64,000 bases of DNA from Carcharhinus longimanus (taxonomy: Eukaryota), in NCBI GenBank assembly GCA_030264375.1, contig JASCQW010000122.1:31407783-31471782 (forward strand). The letters are read 5' to 3'. The position numbers and the translations under genes were made by a program. The notes beneath the pieces are model-generated. The model worked only from the letters and a program-made list of their open reading frames with translations. It was not told the origin of the DNA and did no database searches. Below, piece after piece: positions 12,446-24,890 of this stretch (position 1 is its first letter; each line of letters begins with the position of its first letter).

Positions 12446-13961
12446 CCAGCTGATTTTTTTGACTCATCATTTGCCTAGTATCTGACATATAATTACAATA
12501 AAGATTTTTGATCACACTGATGGTATATCTGATGCATTTGCTTAGGCTGCTTGGATGACAGATATGTTAAGTCTATATTTAACAATTAGAACCACTATAT
12601 TTTATTAGCAATATGGAGAAGCAGTTATGATTTCCTTTCATTGTTGGCCATTTTGTTGTATGTGGTTTGAAAGAGAAGCTCTTCCACTTTTATTTCAGAT
12701 TGTATTTTGGAATTGCTCCAAAACCCAATGCTTTCCTCAGATGACATGCCCTCAGAATTTTCAAATTCTATCTCCAGTGAGCAATTGCTGTAGTTTTAGC
12801 CATTCCACTAATCTTACCAGATGAAGCTTGATCACAAAAAGCAATCATTCTCAGTTCAGAGCTTTGTTGCCTGATCAGATAGTTTTTCCAAGTTATTGAA
12901 TTTTTCCTTACCACAAAAGTATTGATGATATGCCTGGTTCTTCGTTGTCCCATCGAAAAATATTTTTGGGAGGTAAGTAGTTATGAGATCACCATATTGT
13001 GTCTGAAATAAGGTACAACCATTGGGAATATCATCTGAATTGATGCCAGTTGTACCAGATTTTGGGTAACCATTTTACTGCTTTTAAATAAGGCAAGGAT
13101 ATTAAGACTATGAAAAGGATGAGGGGAAAAGCTATCCTCACTTCCAACAAGTCTAAGGAGCTCAGATTTTTTTCAATTTCAAGATAGCTACTATTCATTT
13201 AGCTTCCACCTTACTATAAATTCAGATCTTTTGCAGCTATCTTCTCAATTTAGTAGGTTCAACAGGTTGTAATCTGAACATCTTGCTTCTGTGGGAATTG
13301 ACAATTTTCAATATTAAACATATAATAGCCCTGATGTAGCATTTTCTTTTATTTTTGTTCTCTTTTCTGTCATTCTTTGTATATTGTGTTTATTAATTCA
13401 ACTTTTAAATATAACAATTACATTCTTATTCCCTCTTTAACCATGAATATTTGATTGATATGGTCTGGGTATTTTTGTTGCATCTCCCACCTCTGTGTCA
13501 GCAAGACTGTTGAAGAAGACTTGTGACCCCCAGAATAAGAGAGATAAAGGAGGGATAAAGGGATCTGATTTGGTTTATTTGATTGATCCCAGTGCTCTAC
13601 ATGAAGGGATAGTCATTAAAAAATCAATTTTTATATATCATTTAATCTGTATGCTACCTAAAGCCGTGAGTCATAGAGGACCGTTACTTCCACCTAACAG
13701 CACAAGGTCCTGGCCTGCTGGAATAAAGGAGTTCAAAGTGCACTGACCTGCTCTGGTAAACTTTATTTAAACCACTGCTGAATAGAGCTGCTTGAAGCCT
13801 GCAGGGGAAGTGTTTCTGCAAGCCACAGTGTGATGCAACTCCACCGAGCACAAGGAGGCCAGGTCTCTTTTTCTATGACACTGGCTACCGGAAAGCAGAT
13901 TGGTTTAAAGGGCCCAGTGAAATTGAGCAGCCAGGGAGAAGGCGCGTGTTCAGGTAAGTAT

Positions 13962-14290
13962 TTTAATTCATTTCACAGGATGTCACTAGCTGAGCCAGCA
14001 TTTACTAACTGTCTAGAACTGCCCTCAATTTCAGAGGGCATTTGTGAGTCAATCACATTGTTGTGGATCTGAAGTTACTCGTAGACTAAACCAGGTAAGG
14101 ATAGCAGAACCAAGTGGGTTTTTAGAAAATTGACAATGGTTTCATGGTCACTATTAAACTTATAATTCCAGATTTTTATTGAATTCAAATTTCACCATCT
14201 GCTGTGGTGGGATTTGAACCCAGATGCCTAGGTCTTGCTCTGGATCTCTGGATTACTTTGGATTACTAGTCCAGTAATGACACACTGCCT
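13962..14290 (-). mobile_element. tRNA-headed SINE family (other copies ~18520-18900 +, 33143-33350 -, 44520-44840 -)
   Basis: Blocks attccagatttttattgaattcaaatttcaccatctg, gggatttgaaccc and ggattactagtcca recur among the copies. Confidence 0.75.
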
Positions 14291-15600
14291 TCTCTGAATG
14301 GAATTTGACTGACCTGGGAAGGGGAGAGAGCATTGGGGGGCAGGGCAGATCAGAGGGAGGGATATTACAAGTTGAATATTACAAGATGCGGCTGGGGTCA
14401 GGGGGTTAGGGGAATCCCTCAGGTGGGAGGGAGATGCATTGGGAATACTCTGGGGATTGAAGAGCGAGGGGTTGGGGGATTCGGACTGTAGGGGCATATT
14501 CCATGTAGGTCTTGGTCTGGGTGTTTCAGATAGTTACGCTGAAATTAGAATTGTTTTTATTTTTTCTAATTCTTTCAGAGTAACTTTGGTGTAAAACTGG
14601 TGTAAAAATTCCCAGTGCAGTGCAATTGTCCAGGTGATGTTAAAGCCTCTGACCAAATGCCGAATAAAGCCTTACCTGTGAACTTCCAAGAGGGATTCCT
14701 CAGTGCATCTTTGGGATACCCCCCCAAATCTGACACTGGGGAGCCAGGAAGTTACTGGCCAAAGTCATTGCAGCACAGAAGGAGGGCATTCAGCCCATCG
14801 GGTCCATGTTGGCTCTTGGTAGGGCAGTCCAGTCAGTTCCATTGCCCAGCTCTATCCAGGTATGAATAGTTAGGAAAAACCTAATTAAAAAAAAACTAGA
14901 AGTAAGCAGTCTTTTTTGACAAAGCAAGATTTTGGCTGTAACTCTATTTTGTTTTGAGCTATTATGTGCTTTCAAGTGAAAAACAAGCAGCGTGCTTTTT
15001 GTTCTGGTAAAGGATTCTAAATTAAAGGATAAGGAAAAATTCAATTGTTTTTCCAAGTAAAAAGCAGGGGTGCAAAAGTAATTCTACATGTCAGGGTTCT
15101 TAAGTTAGTTTCTATTCTCCACAGCACAGGAATTTCTATTGTTGGAAATTGAAAACAATTTCCCCAAAGAAATAGTAATATCAGAAGCAATATTGCATTT
15201 GCAATTTGTATTGTCCCTCAGGCAGCAATGAAACTTAAAGATTTTAGAAATGTTGAAAATTGCTAACAGCAAAAGATAGCTGTAATGTGTATTTTGAAAG
15301 AAACATTTGTATTCCCTATAATGTTATTGTAGCAAAAATAGTTCTCAATATAATGACATCCTGATTCCTTGTTGTAGTGCCAATATTGGTTGCTAGTTCG
15401 AAGAGACCAAGAGTATTGTTTGTCTAGAAGCAGTTGAGTACATTAGTGCAAAAGCCAGAAGGTTTACTATAAAGTGTTCTATATTGTAAATTAAAGTCTG
15501 TGAGATTCCTTGTATAAATTATAAGGCTGCAAATTATATGTGACTGCAAGAAAGCAGCACTTTTTCAGTATTGTTTTGCATGCAAACAGTATTATTTTGT

Positions 15601-17291
15601 CCTGGATTTTCGCTCTTGTGTANNNNNNNNNNGGTTGGAACATTTCTCGGCTCCACAAGTTTGACCTGGGAAAAAAGTTGTTCTAGAGTGGCAGGGTTCT
15701 TTGAGAGTCACACCATTTTGCAAAAGTGAAAAGGCTGGCTGGTTGGAAGGCCTCCCTGTGCCCTGGCGCTGTGTTGACGGTTTAAATAAAACATAAAATA
15801 GCCCTCCAGTTCACACTGCTGCAAAGCCTCCCACCACACTTCCAAAGCCCATTCATGCCATCCCATGCCCCCCCCACCCTCCTGGCCCCACCTAACNNNN
15901 NNNNNNNNNNNNNNNNNNNNNNNNNNNNNNNNNNNNNNNNNNNNNNNNNNNNNNNNNNNNNNNNNNNNNNNNNNNNNNNNNNNNNNNNNNNNNNNNATGC
16001 CCCACCCACCCTCATGGACCCTCATACCCTCCATACCAACACAAATTCCCTCTCTGTCTACCCTATGGCCTTTTAGAGCCCCTGTGCCAAATTAGTACTA
16101 ACTTTATGTGAACAAATGCCTGACAATCAACTTTATTCTTTTATACTCACCCATGCCAACTCACCCAGCATCTGTCAAGGGCATACTCAGAAACCATGTC
16201 GAGATTAAATAAATAAAGTTATATTCATTGATGAATTCACTATTTAGTAATAATAGTCTTAATAATGCATACCAATTCAGTATATTTATATTCCAACATC
16301 CTTATAAAAGCAAGTATTTCATTCAAGTGCTTAATCCCCACGTAGAAACAAACGTTGGAATTTATAGTCCCACTTCAAAAGTTTATAGTCACTTGGAGCT
16401 ATCAATAAAGCTGTGAAATGGAAGGCAACGTACTAAGAAAATGAAAGGTTGTGTTATAAGTCTGCAGCATTAATCTGGTAATATAAGCCTTCAGGCATAT
16501 GTTTCTGAGGACATGTATTAACCGACTCAAGAACAGCTTCTTCCCTGTTGCCATCAGACTTTTGAATGGACCTACCTCACATTAGTTGATCTTTCTTTGC
16601 ACCCTAGCTATGACTTTAACAGTACCTTCTGCACTCTCTCCTTCCCTTCTCTGTGAATGGTATGCTTTGTCTGTACAGTACGCAAGAGACAATACTTTTC
16701 ACTGTATACCAATACATCTGACAATAATAAATTAAATCAAATCAGACAAAGCGAAATAGCAAGCTTTTTTAAGAAGTACTTCAGACAGTTTTTTCAAAGA
16801 TTTATGGTGCAGGAGTTTTAAATGCTTACCAGTTTGTTTGTTGCCTTGGACAGTTCATTTTGACATTGAGCTTGACAGTAAAGAAATTCATCTTTTTTTA
16901 CACACATTCATTCCTACTTCAATCCCTAGGGGTATCTGACCTCCTCCAAAGTTTGCCCATGACCATCTCCAAAGCGATGTCCTCCTTCTGTAAAAGAATA
17001 GCCACCTACCCAAGTAACTCTCCAAAATTCAGTCCTACTCCAACTAGGTCAAACCTGTGCTTGTCATGTTTCACATACTTGGCTCCCCAAAATCACAAAT
17101 AATGGAAGCAGTTGCTGATTTAAGTGGGCAGTTGCCTGTGTGAAATTGTAAGTGCACACCCTGACCCAGGCCCATTTCCACCTCCATGAAAATGGTAGGT
17201 GCTGGGTTCAGGGTTGGAACTTCTGGATTTTAAGCTCACCCGCCATTTTTGCAATGATGGAGAATCTCTCCGCCATTGTGAAAATCTAGGG
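15601..17291. mobile_element. Non-autonomous DNA transposon with TIRs, hosting the Rex/Babar tail
   Basis: Terminal inverted repeat cctggattttc (15601) / gaaaatctagg (17280-17290), with C-rich internal tracts. Confidence 0.5.
16512..16745 (+). mobile_element. Rex1/Babar-type LINE 3' end
   Basis: NRLKNSFFPVAIRLLNG, then a 3' UTR ending gacaataataaattaaatcaaatc. Confidence 0.75.
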
Positions 17292-20200
17292 CTTTAACTT
17301 GCTTTTGGTGCTGCCTGAAATTGCAGTCTGATTCACAATTTTTATGTTCTAAGTTACACATGATGCTATTGAGCAGTTGCATGCCTAATTAGATGATCCA
17401 CTTATTTTCAGACCTTGGCATACATATTTGTGGATCTAATTTAACATTTTCTTCTTTATCTTCACCACTCCAAAAGAACAAATAGGGAGGCAATCAGACC
17501 TCCTCATCCCACTGGTGAATGGGTGGGCAAATGGTAAGATCGCACAAGAGGTGAAAAATTGGGTTCATGCCCAGTTTCTCGCCTCTGGTGATCATACTGG
17601 GCTGAGATTTCTGGCAATATCAGCCTCACGCCCTAGCTGGGTGCAAGGCTGATCTCAGTATTTATAGCAATGTTAATGCTGATTCAGATGTTATCAGTGA
17701 TCCTGGAATGCTATCATACAGCTTGCTTGTCTTAGCAGCCTCACCAGTGAACGTTCTCACTGGCCTCGCGGGTGAAGGTCTTCACCAGTGAGAATCGTGT
17801 ATGGTCCCCATCAACTGGGACTTGATACGATAGCCTTGCAGGTAGGACTGGAGGTCATGGAGGCCCTCAGGGACATTGGGGGCAGGAATAGGCAGTGCCC
17901 CATGGGCAGTGTCAGCCTGGCACTGGTACTGCCCACTGGGCATCCTGGTTCTGCCAGCCTGACACTGGCACTGTGGAGTGTCAGGCTGGCAGGACCTGAT
18001 GGGTGGGCCTAAGGGAAAAGGGTAGGAATGTGATCAGGGAACACAAGGGGAGGGGGGGGGGGGCGGCGGGTGAGGTGAGCTGCTCACTCTACAGCTGTCT
18101 GTGGGGCTGATTGACTGGGCCAGGTGGAGCCAGCCATGCTGATGGGGTGGATCAACTGGACTGGGAGGGAGAGGGGATATCCAAAGGAGTGAAGAGGCTA
18201 GCGATTGCAGAGGGGGGTTGGGGTCAGCCCTTAGCCTTGCCCCCTCTCCTACTGGTGGGAAATAGATTGTGTATCATTTTTTGCACAAAGTGATGTAAAA
18301 TTTCATTTGTGGCGTCACTGAAAATGCGGATCTGAAACTCCCATTTTCGCACTTTTTTGGCACTTTTAAAGGCCATATTCTGTTTATTATGCAAAGCAGG
18401 ATCACATGCAGAAGTTTTTTTTAATCTTTAAAGTAATGATAGTGTCTTAATATCTTTGGGATATCTTGAACAATTATTTTGTTCACATTCAATCTTATTT
18501 ATATAGCTATATTATATTAGTGAGATTTCAAATTTCACCATGGACGTTTTCAGTTTTTAATTGAGTTTAAATGCTAGTATCAGTAAAAAGTATCCACAAA
18601 GTTGTCAGATTGCCAGTAAAACCCAACTGATGCATGAATATCCCTTATTGAAAAACACTTGACTCCCTTACCGAATCAAGCACGGATGTGGCTCCTAGCC
18701 CACGCTGTATGTTGACTCTTACTTTCTTGCATTATTGAAAGCCACTCTGATGTATCAAGTTGCTATAGCATTGTGACTGCATCTTCACCATATTGACTAA
18801 AATGATTCAAGAAGAGGCCCACCATCACTTCTCAGGGCAACCAAACATGGACAATAAATGGTAGCCATAACACCCATATTTCTAAAAGAATAAGAAAAAG
18901 TTTGCTGCAATTTATGAACTATTGAAGATCATTCAACCTCAAAAAAGGCTGAATTTGAGCCATGTGGGATGTTTAAGTCTTAAGTCTATTTCAAGCTCAC
19001 CGACTTCCACTTTTAATGGAGGCAGGATGAAGGCAGACAACTAATCTGCTCCCAGGAGGTGGCTCACTCCTTTTAATATTATAATGAGGCTGTGTGGCAA
19101 TGCACCCATGCAGCTCAGTGGTAATGTTGCTCCTTTTCCCCATCCCCTCTGTTTGCAATTTCCCACCATCCTTTTTTCTTTCNNNNNNNNNNNNNNNNNN
19201 NNNNNNNNNGCTGCAGTCTTTGACCTCTCTCCTATTCTTCTGGTCTTCTGTGCGTCCTAACCACAAAATAGCATCTACCCTACTCCCTCCCTGCCTTCAA
19301 ACTAATACTAGGGCAATTATTTCCAATCATGCAATTGAAAACAAAGACCACATATAAAGGCTGATAGTAATTTAATAAATAAAACTCTTAAAGGGAGCAA
19401 ATAGGCATTATGGTATTGAGGACTTCCATGAATGTAATACATTAATTGATTAGAAAAGCCATTTATACAGCAGCTAAGCACATAAAGCCATCATTGTTTT
19501 TTAGTTGCGATATTCACATCAACATAGGTCTAATCCTTTACAATAAATTAAATATATTTTAATAAAATCTGCTTTTTGCATAATGCAAAAACAATATTTT
19601 CATTTAGTTACTTGAATTGTTTGAAAGCTTAATTTCAACTATTTCCTAAATCAGTTATTGGTAACTTAAAAGCTGAAAGCTGAAAAACGTTGATTGTTTG
19701 GAAACATTTGTCAAGGTTACTGTTCACACCAAGGTGACTATTGCTCTTTGTTGAATAATCGATCATGATGTCTTGGATTGAATACATAAAAGACTAGAAA
19801 TTACTATATTAAAGGATTAAAATACTGGAAGAAAGAATGTTATATGATTGCACTAATTGCTTGTCCCCTAATAACAGCAACAGTGATTTCTTACCTACTG
19901 TCTCATATAATCAAATATTAATAAAGTATAAATTGGATTAGTTTTGAAAAGATAATATAAGTGCTTCCAAATGTACGTCAAATTTACCTTCTGTTTTATT
20001 TTTTCCTTTATAATTCACTTCTATCAAATATCCCTCTTCCTTGACTAGTCTATTAAAATCCTACATGACTCTTAAAATATATCCTGATGTATTTTTTTCA
20101 AAATTGCTGGTTTGGACATTGTTAAGATGGTCTCAGTTGTGTTTCTTTTTCTAGCTTGCCTAAGTTTTAATAGACTTGTTTTATTTATTTTCCCATTTTG

Positions 20201-21187
20201 GTCCTCGCCTTCTAATTTGTGGAATTTTAATTTTTCTTAGTTTGGGTTGCAAATCTGATTACTTTTTAAAATCAAAAATAACACAATTACTTATAATCTG
20301 AGAACTTCAGATTTAATTCACAGAACAGTTTTGTAAGGATTTTTTAAAGGCATTTAAAACAGTCTTTACAGATTGAATTAAATTAAAAAGGAGTTTGTTA
20401 TCAACTCCTCCCAGTGGAACTTCATTCAGCCATGTGTATATGACTTATGTGCTTCATGTTGATGCTGCTTGATTGAATAGAGATGAAGTGCCACCTACAT
20501 CAAACAAGGATTGTAACTGTTTTTGCAAACGTAGTATAACAGATTTTCCTTAATTTAGGAACAGTGTGGTGGAACATAACTAACATACTCAGTATACTTT
20601 CCTCATATCACTATCTCACTCTTTAGTTGTGAAATATGATAATCCTCCAGGAAATCATTTTATACCACTTACAGTTCTCACTGGCTGTAGTATAACTCTG
20701 ACCAGAGGCATCACCACAGTGAAAATACTCCAGCTGGTCCAGAACTTCCTGGGGGACATTGGAATGGAGTGTCACATGAGCAGAACTTTGTACATTTATT
20801 TAACAGGGATAAGAAGAGGTTATTTCATCAATGACCTCATTGTAACCTGCAGTGAAGTGCAACTGGCAGTAGAACTATTGGTTGTGTATTGCACTTTGCC
20901 TATTGATCTAAAACGTATAAGTGCGGTTTAACTTATTTAGTCCTGTTAGACTTGGTGTTTAGGAATTTGGAGAATCCACATTGAATTTTACTGATCAATA
21001 TATTACAATTGAATCATCTGTTTTATGCAGTATGTATTTCATTAATAATTTTGACATTTATTCTTATCTCCCACTTTCTAGATAGTCATGTAACAGTTCT
21101 ATTCCTGACTTCTGTTATTTGGACATTCATTTTTAAACTAGTATATACGTGTATACCTTTTCATAAAACAATTTTTTGTGATCTTAC

Positions 21188-22350
21188 CCTTCTCTGAGGG
21201 CTTCACCTTTTTCTAATTCTTGAATAACCCCAAGTAACACCTTAATGGTTTCCTGACTGGAACTGATCAGGTTTTCCATTATTTGCAGCTGTGCTTTCAG
21301 ATCCACCGCTTCTGTAAGAGGCATGATTTGCTGATTTGTCTCCATTACAGATACTGCTGCCTGATTAGACTGAATTTGACTTTCATCTCTGGGTGTAATG
21401 TTTGATACAGTGGATTCAGAGGGCTCTCCTTCACTTTGCGGGGATTGTAATGAACAGGCTTGACTATTCACTGGCAGAGAATGCAGACTGGTTGGATGCA
21501 AAGTTCTTTCATGTACTTCCCGTGCTGTCTCATTTTGTGGGGAGTCCTGTGTAAAAGAATTAGAAGAATCAAGCTGTTTAAGTTCACAGTTGGCTTCTGT
21601 TAAGTGGAAGGAGGAGCACTCCGTTAGCTGCAGCTCACATAACGCTGATTGATTAAAGTTCTGATTTTCTGATGCCTTATCATATTTTGCCATATTGCAC
21701 AACTGGTAATTTTGCTCAGTTGGGTCAGAATCGGTCAACGTTAATACATGAGAGGGCTCTTCTGGATCTTTGCTGCTTGAATCACCAAAACTGTCACTAT
21801 CAGCTTGTTTGTTCACTTTGATGAAAATATTATTTGAGCTGGTATCTGGGTTCTTTTGATTTGTCCCCTCTGCACTGCTAATAGTGAGTGCTCCTGAGTC
21901 TTTATTGGGCTTACTATTAACTGCCCAATCATTATTTTGTCGCCTGAATGTGTCAACTGTTGGAGCAATTTTAATGACATTCACTTTCTTCCTTTCCAAA
22001 GGGAATGTCTGATACCGCTTTTTGAGATCAGGTGATGTCTGCACACCTGTGCTTCTGGTTACATTTGGGATTGACCTCCGTGCAGGCACTGTCATGTATT
22101 TGCAATATGCTGCCTTATAAGAAATAGCTTTCATTGTTTTTTTGTCCAGTTGCTGTGCTGCAGAAAGCCTCTTCTCTTGTTCATTCTGAGCTTCCCGAAT
22201 ATCTTTAAATCTCACCTGTAAGGCTTTATTTCTTTTTCTAATCTGCCTATTTGGATCCAGTACATACTTCATTTCCAATGTTTGGCAAGCTGCTTGCTCA
22301 GCTTCATTCTCTGTACTGAGTTGGCATTTGCTTGGTTCCTTACTCACCAT
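21188..22350 (-). CDS. INSYN2A: INSYN2A / FAM196A (inhibitory synaptic factor 2A), first and largest coding exon
   Basis: The ORF has the N-terminal block LEMKYVLDPNRQIRKRNKALQVRFKDI...YMTVPARRSIPNVTRSTGVQTSPDLKK and the C-terminal block VDLKAQLQIMENLISSSQETIKVLLGVIQELEKGEA, both nearly identical to human INSYN2A as recalled. An acceptor ttttcaattatag lies 7 nt upstream of the ATG (exon starts 22357). The donor is GAAGG|gtaaga at 21188/21187, phase 2. Confidence 0.96.
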
Positions 22351-23566
22351 CTTTTACCTATAATTGAAAACAATGGAGATAATTTTTAAAACACAGTTTG
22401 CAATGTGTCACAAACTTAAAGGATAAAAAGCTTTGTTGCAAAATTATTATTGAACTGATACAATGAACTTGTCTCCACAACAAGATGTTGTAATTTAAAA
22501 ATATTAGTGGTAAACACCACTTTCAGATCACACCTATTTAAAAGTGCTAAGTTTATACATACATAAGCAAAAACTTATTTTCTAACCCAAATTCCTCCAG
22601 CACTAATAAACATGTTTGCATGTTACTGAAAATTAATTTTAGGCTATGTAATTCATTTCTGAATTCAGTCATCCCTCTCAACTCCATCCCACTGGCCTAC
22701 TGACTGATTTCACTAGAGAATATTCTGATCCTGAATGTATTACAGCTTAAACATTATGGCAAAACTGGAAAAACATAAATTTATAAATCTGATGGTTTTG
22801 CTAGTCTGTGCTAGGGCCACTATTGTTTTGGAGCAAGACTGGTTTGTCTCAAGGTGAGAGATCAACTGAAAACTATCTAAAGTTTCTATCAATACATTTG
22901 ACAATATTAAATCAAATCAAATGAACATCTAATTCTTGAAAAGATATTTCAGAATATATCATCACAATTGTTCTTGTTTGTGTTTCATTGCAATTAAACT
23001 TTTTATAACAGTCTGTATTTATTAGTACACACCTGGAATGGTGATGGTGCTGGAAATGAAGCAGTAGACCTTTCCAAGAAATATATAATCTTTGATTTGA
23101 GTCAATGCACAAGCTAAGTACAAGCAGGTGCTGATGAATTCATTCAGGGAATCAGCAGGCAAAAGCCCCTTTAGCGGCTTCAAAAGTCAAGTATTGTCAA
23201 TTTGACAGCAATGATGTAAATGCCTGATTTTAAAAAAACACTTTATATTTGTATCTTTATTGGACTGTGTTTGAATAAATCTGAACCTTCGCTACTGAGA
23301 ATATTCATTTACCGAGATTGGTTTGCAGTAAGAATGCGGTCTCCTTACAACAGAAAGGTATGGGATGCATACCAAAAAGGATATTTGGTCCAAAAGGAAA
23401 GGTTAGAAATCTTATTTTTCTAAGTAAACTTGATGGGGACAACAGATGAAGTTTCACAAACACCTTAAATGTGACTAATTACTATGTTTCAACAGCCATT
23501 GACTTTGTTTTACATTAGAGTCTAATTACTTTGTTTTAGTCTTTAAATAGGGATCATTTTAACCTT

Positions 23567-23750
23567 GTGAAGAGAGAAACTGAGTCTTTTTTTGAGTCAC
23601 TCTAACTTCTTCAGAGCTCTGAAGAAGTGTCATATGGATTCAAAACTTTAATTCTGTTTCTCTCTCCACCAGATGCTACCAAACTTGCTGGATTTGCTAG
23701 CATTTTGGTTTTATTTCAGATTTGCAGCGTTTGTAGTATTTTGCTTTTAT
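23567..23750 (+). mobile_element. Second Penelope-like family (degenerate hammerhead, palindromic centre)
   Basis: Palindrome cttcttcagagctctgaagaag (23606-23627), then tctctctccaccagatgct...cattttggttttatttcagatt...tattttgctttt. Homologous to 39176-39361 in the opposite orientation. Confidence 0.65.
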
Positions 23751-24489
23751 ATTGAAGCTACCATTAGTCTGGTACCTCAGCACTTCCTTTTAAATCTCAC
23801 ATCTGGCTGAGCTTCACATAGGAGACTCCTGATTTCTTGCCCCACCTCTGTCCCAATATGTTTAATCCTCGCACAATGGTAACATCTTGCCATAATCATT
23901 TTAGTGAACCCCAACTATGAAAACTAATTAGGCTAAGGCTAAGGCCAATGCCAACGGGTGAATGGCAGACTCGCAATGCCCAACAGCAAAAATGTATCCC
24001 ATAATTAAAATGATGAAACTTTTGAAATGTTCTGTTGAACCTTTGTATCTTTTTTAATGCTTGGCTGTTGTTCTACTGCAGAATGATCTATGGTATTCAA
24101 ACTCTATTTACTTTCTTTAAGCCCAAAAATTAGTGCATTAAAAAGTATAAAATAGATTTTGTTAAAAACATTACATTTGCAACCAAGACAGCACAACATA
24201 AAGAGATATTGTTTCCTTTAAACCTGCTACAGGTGAATTGTCTTGTTACAGTTTATAAAAAAAACTCTACTTCAGATAACACTGAACAGCTGAATAGAGA
24301 TAACTATTTCCAAAATGAACATTTTCCTTTTTTTTATCTTTCTTAACTTCATGTATCATAGCAACAGTCATTGTATTGTTCACATGCATACAACCCTTTT
24401 ACTCCTACGTTCTTCATTCTTTTATTCAGTTCTTTATTTTCACAGTACATTTTATGGCAGCTAAAAAGAAAAAGAAAGACTAATTATAT

Positions 24490-24890
24490 TGCAACTTTTA
24501 GGTCCTCAGAGGCACCAAAGGACTTTACAACCAGGGAGGTACTTTTGAAGAGAGGTCACCATTGTGCTGGAAAAACAGCATCCAATTTGCACACAACAAG
24601 CTCCAACAAGCAAAGTTATAATGACTAGATAATAATTTAAAAATGTTGATTGATAGGTAAATATTGACCAAGACACTGAGGATACTCTCTTACTCATCCA
24701 CTTGAGAGAGGAGACAGGGCCTTGTTTTAATATCTGATCCAAAAGAGGACGATTCCAACAGTCAGTGCATCCTCAGTATTGCACTGGTGTATCATTATAG
24801 AATTTTGTACACGTCTGTGAAGTAATATTTGAACCCACAACCATCTGACTCAAGTCAGAGTTCTACCAACTGAACCACAGCTGACACAAC
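24490..24890 (-). mobile_element. Deu-domain SINE (SacSINE1-like)
   Basis: Minus strand has a tRNA-like head, Deu-domain motifs (gtcctcttttggatcagatattaaaacaaggccctgtct, gtgtcttggtcaatatttacc) and an L2-like tail. Confidence 0.7.

Noticed and set aside
21184-22350. Treating the 388-aa ORF as a complete single-exon gene
   Set aside because: The apparent stop TAA is part of the splice donor GTAAG, and the protein continues in phase in the exon at 11626-11555.
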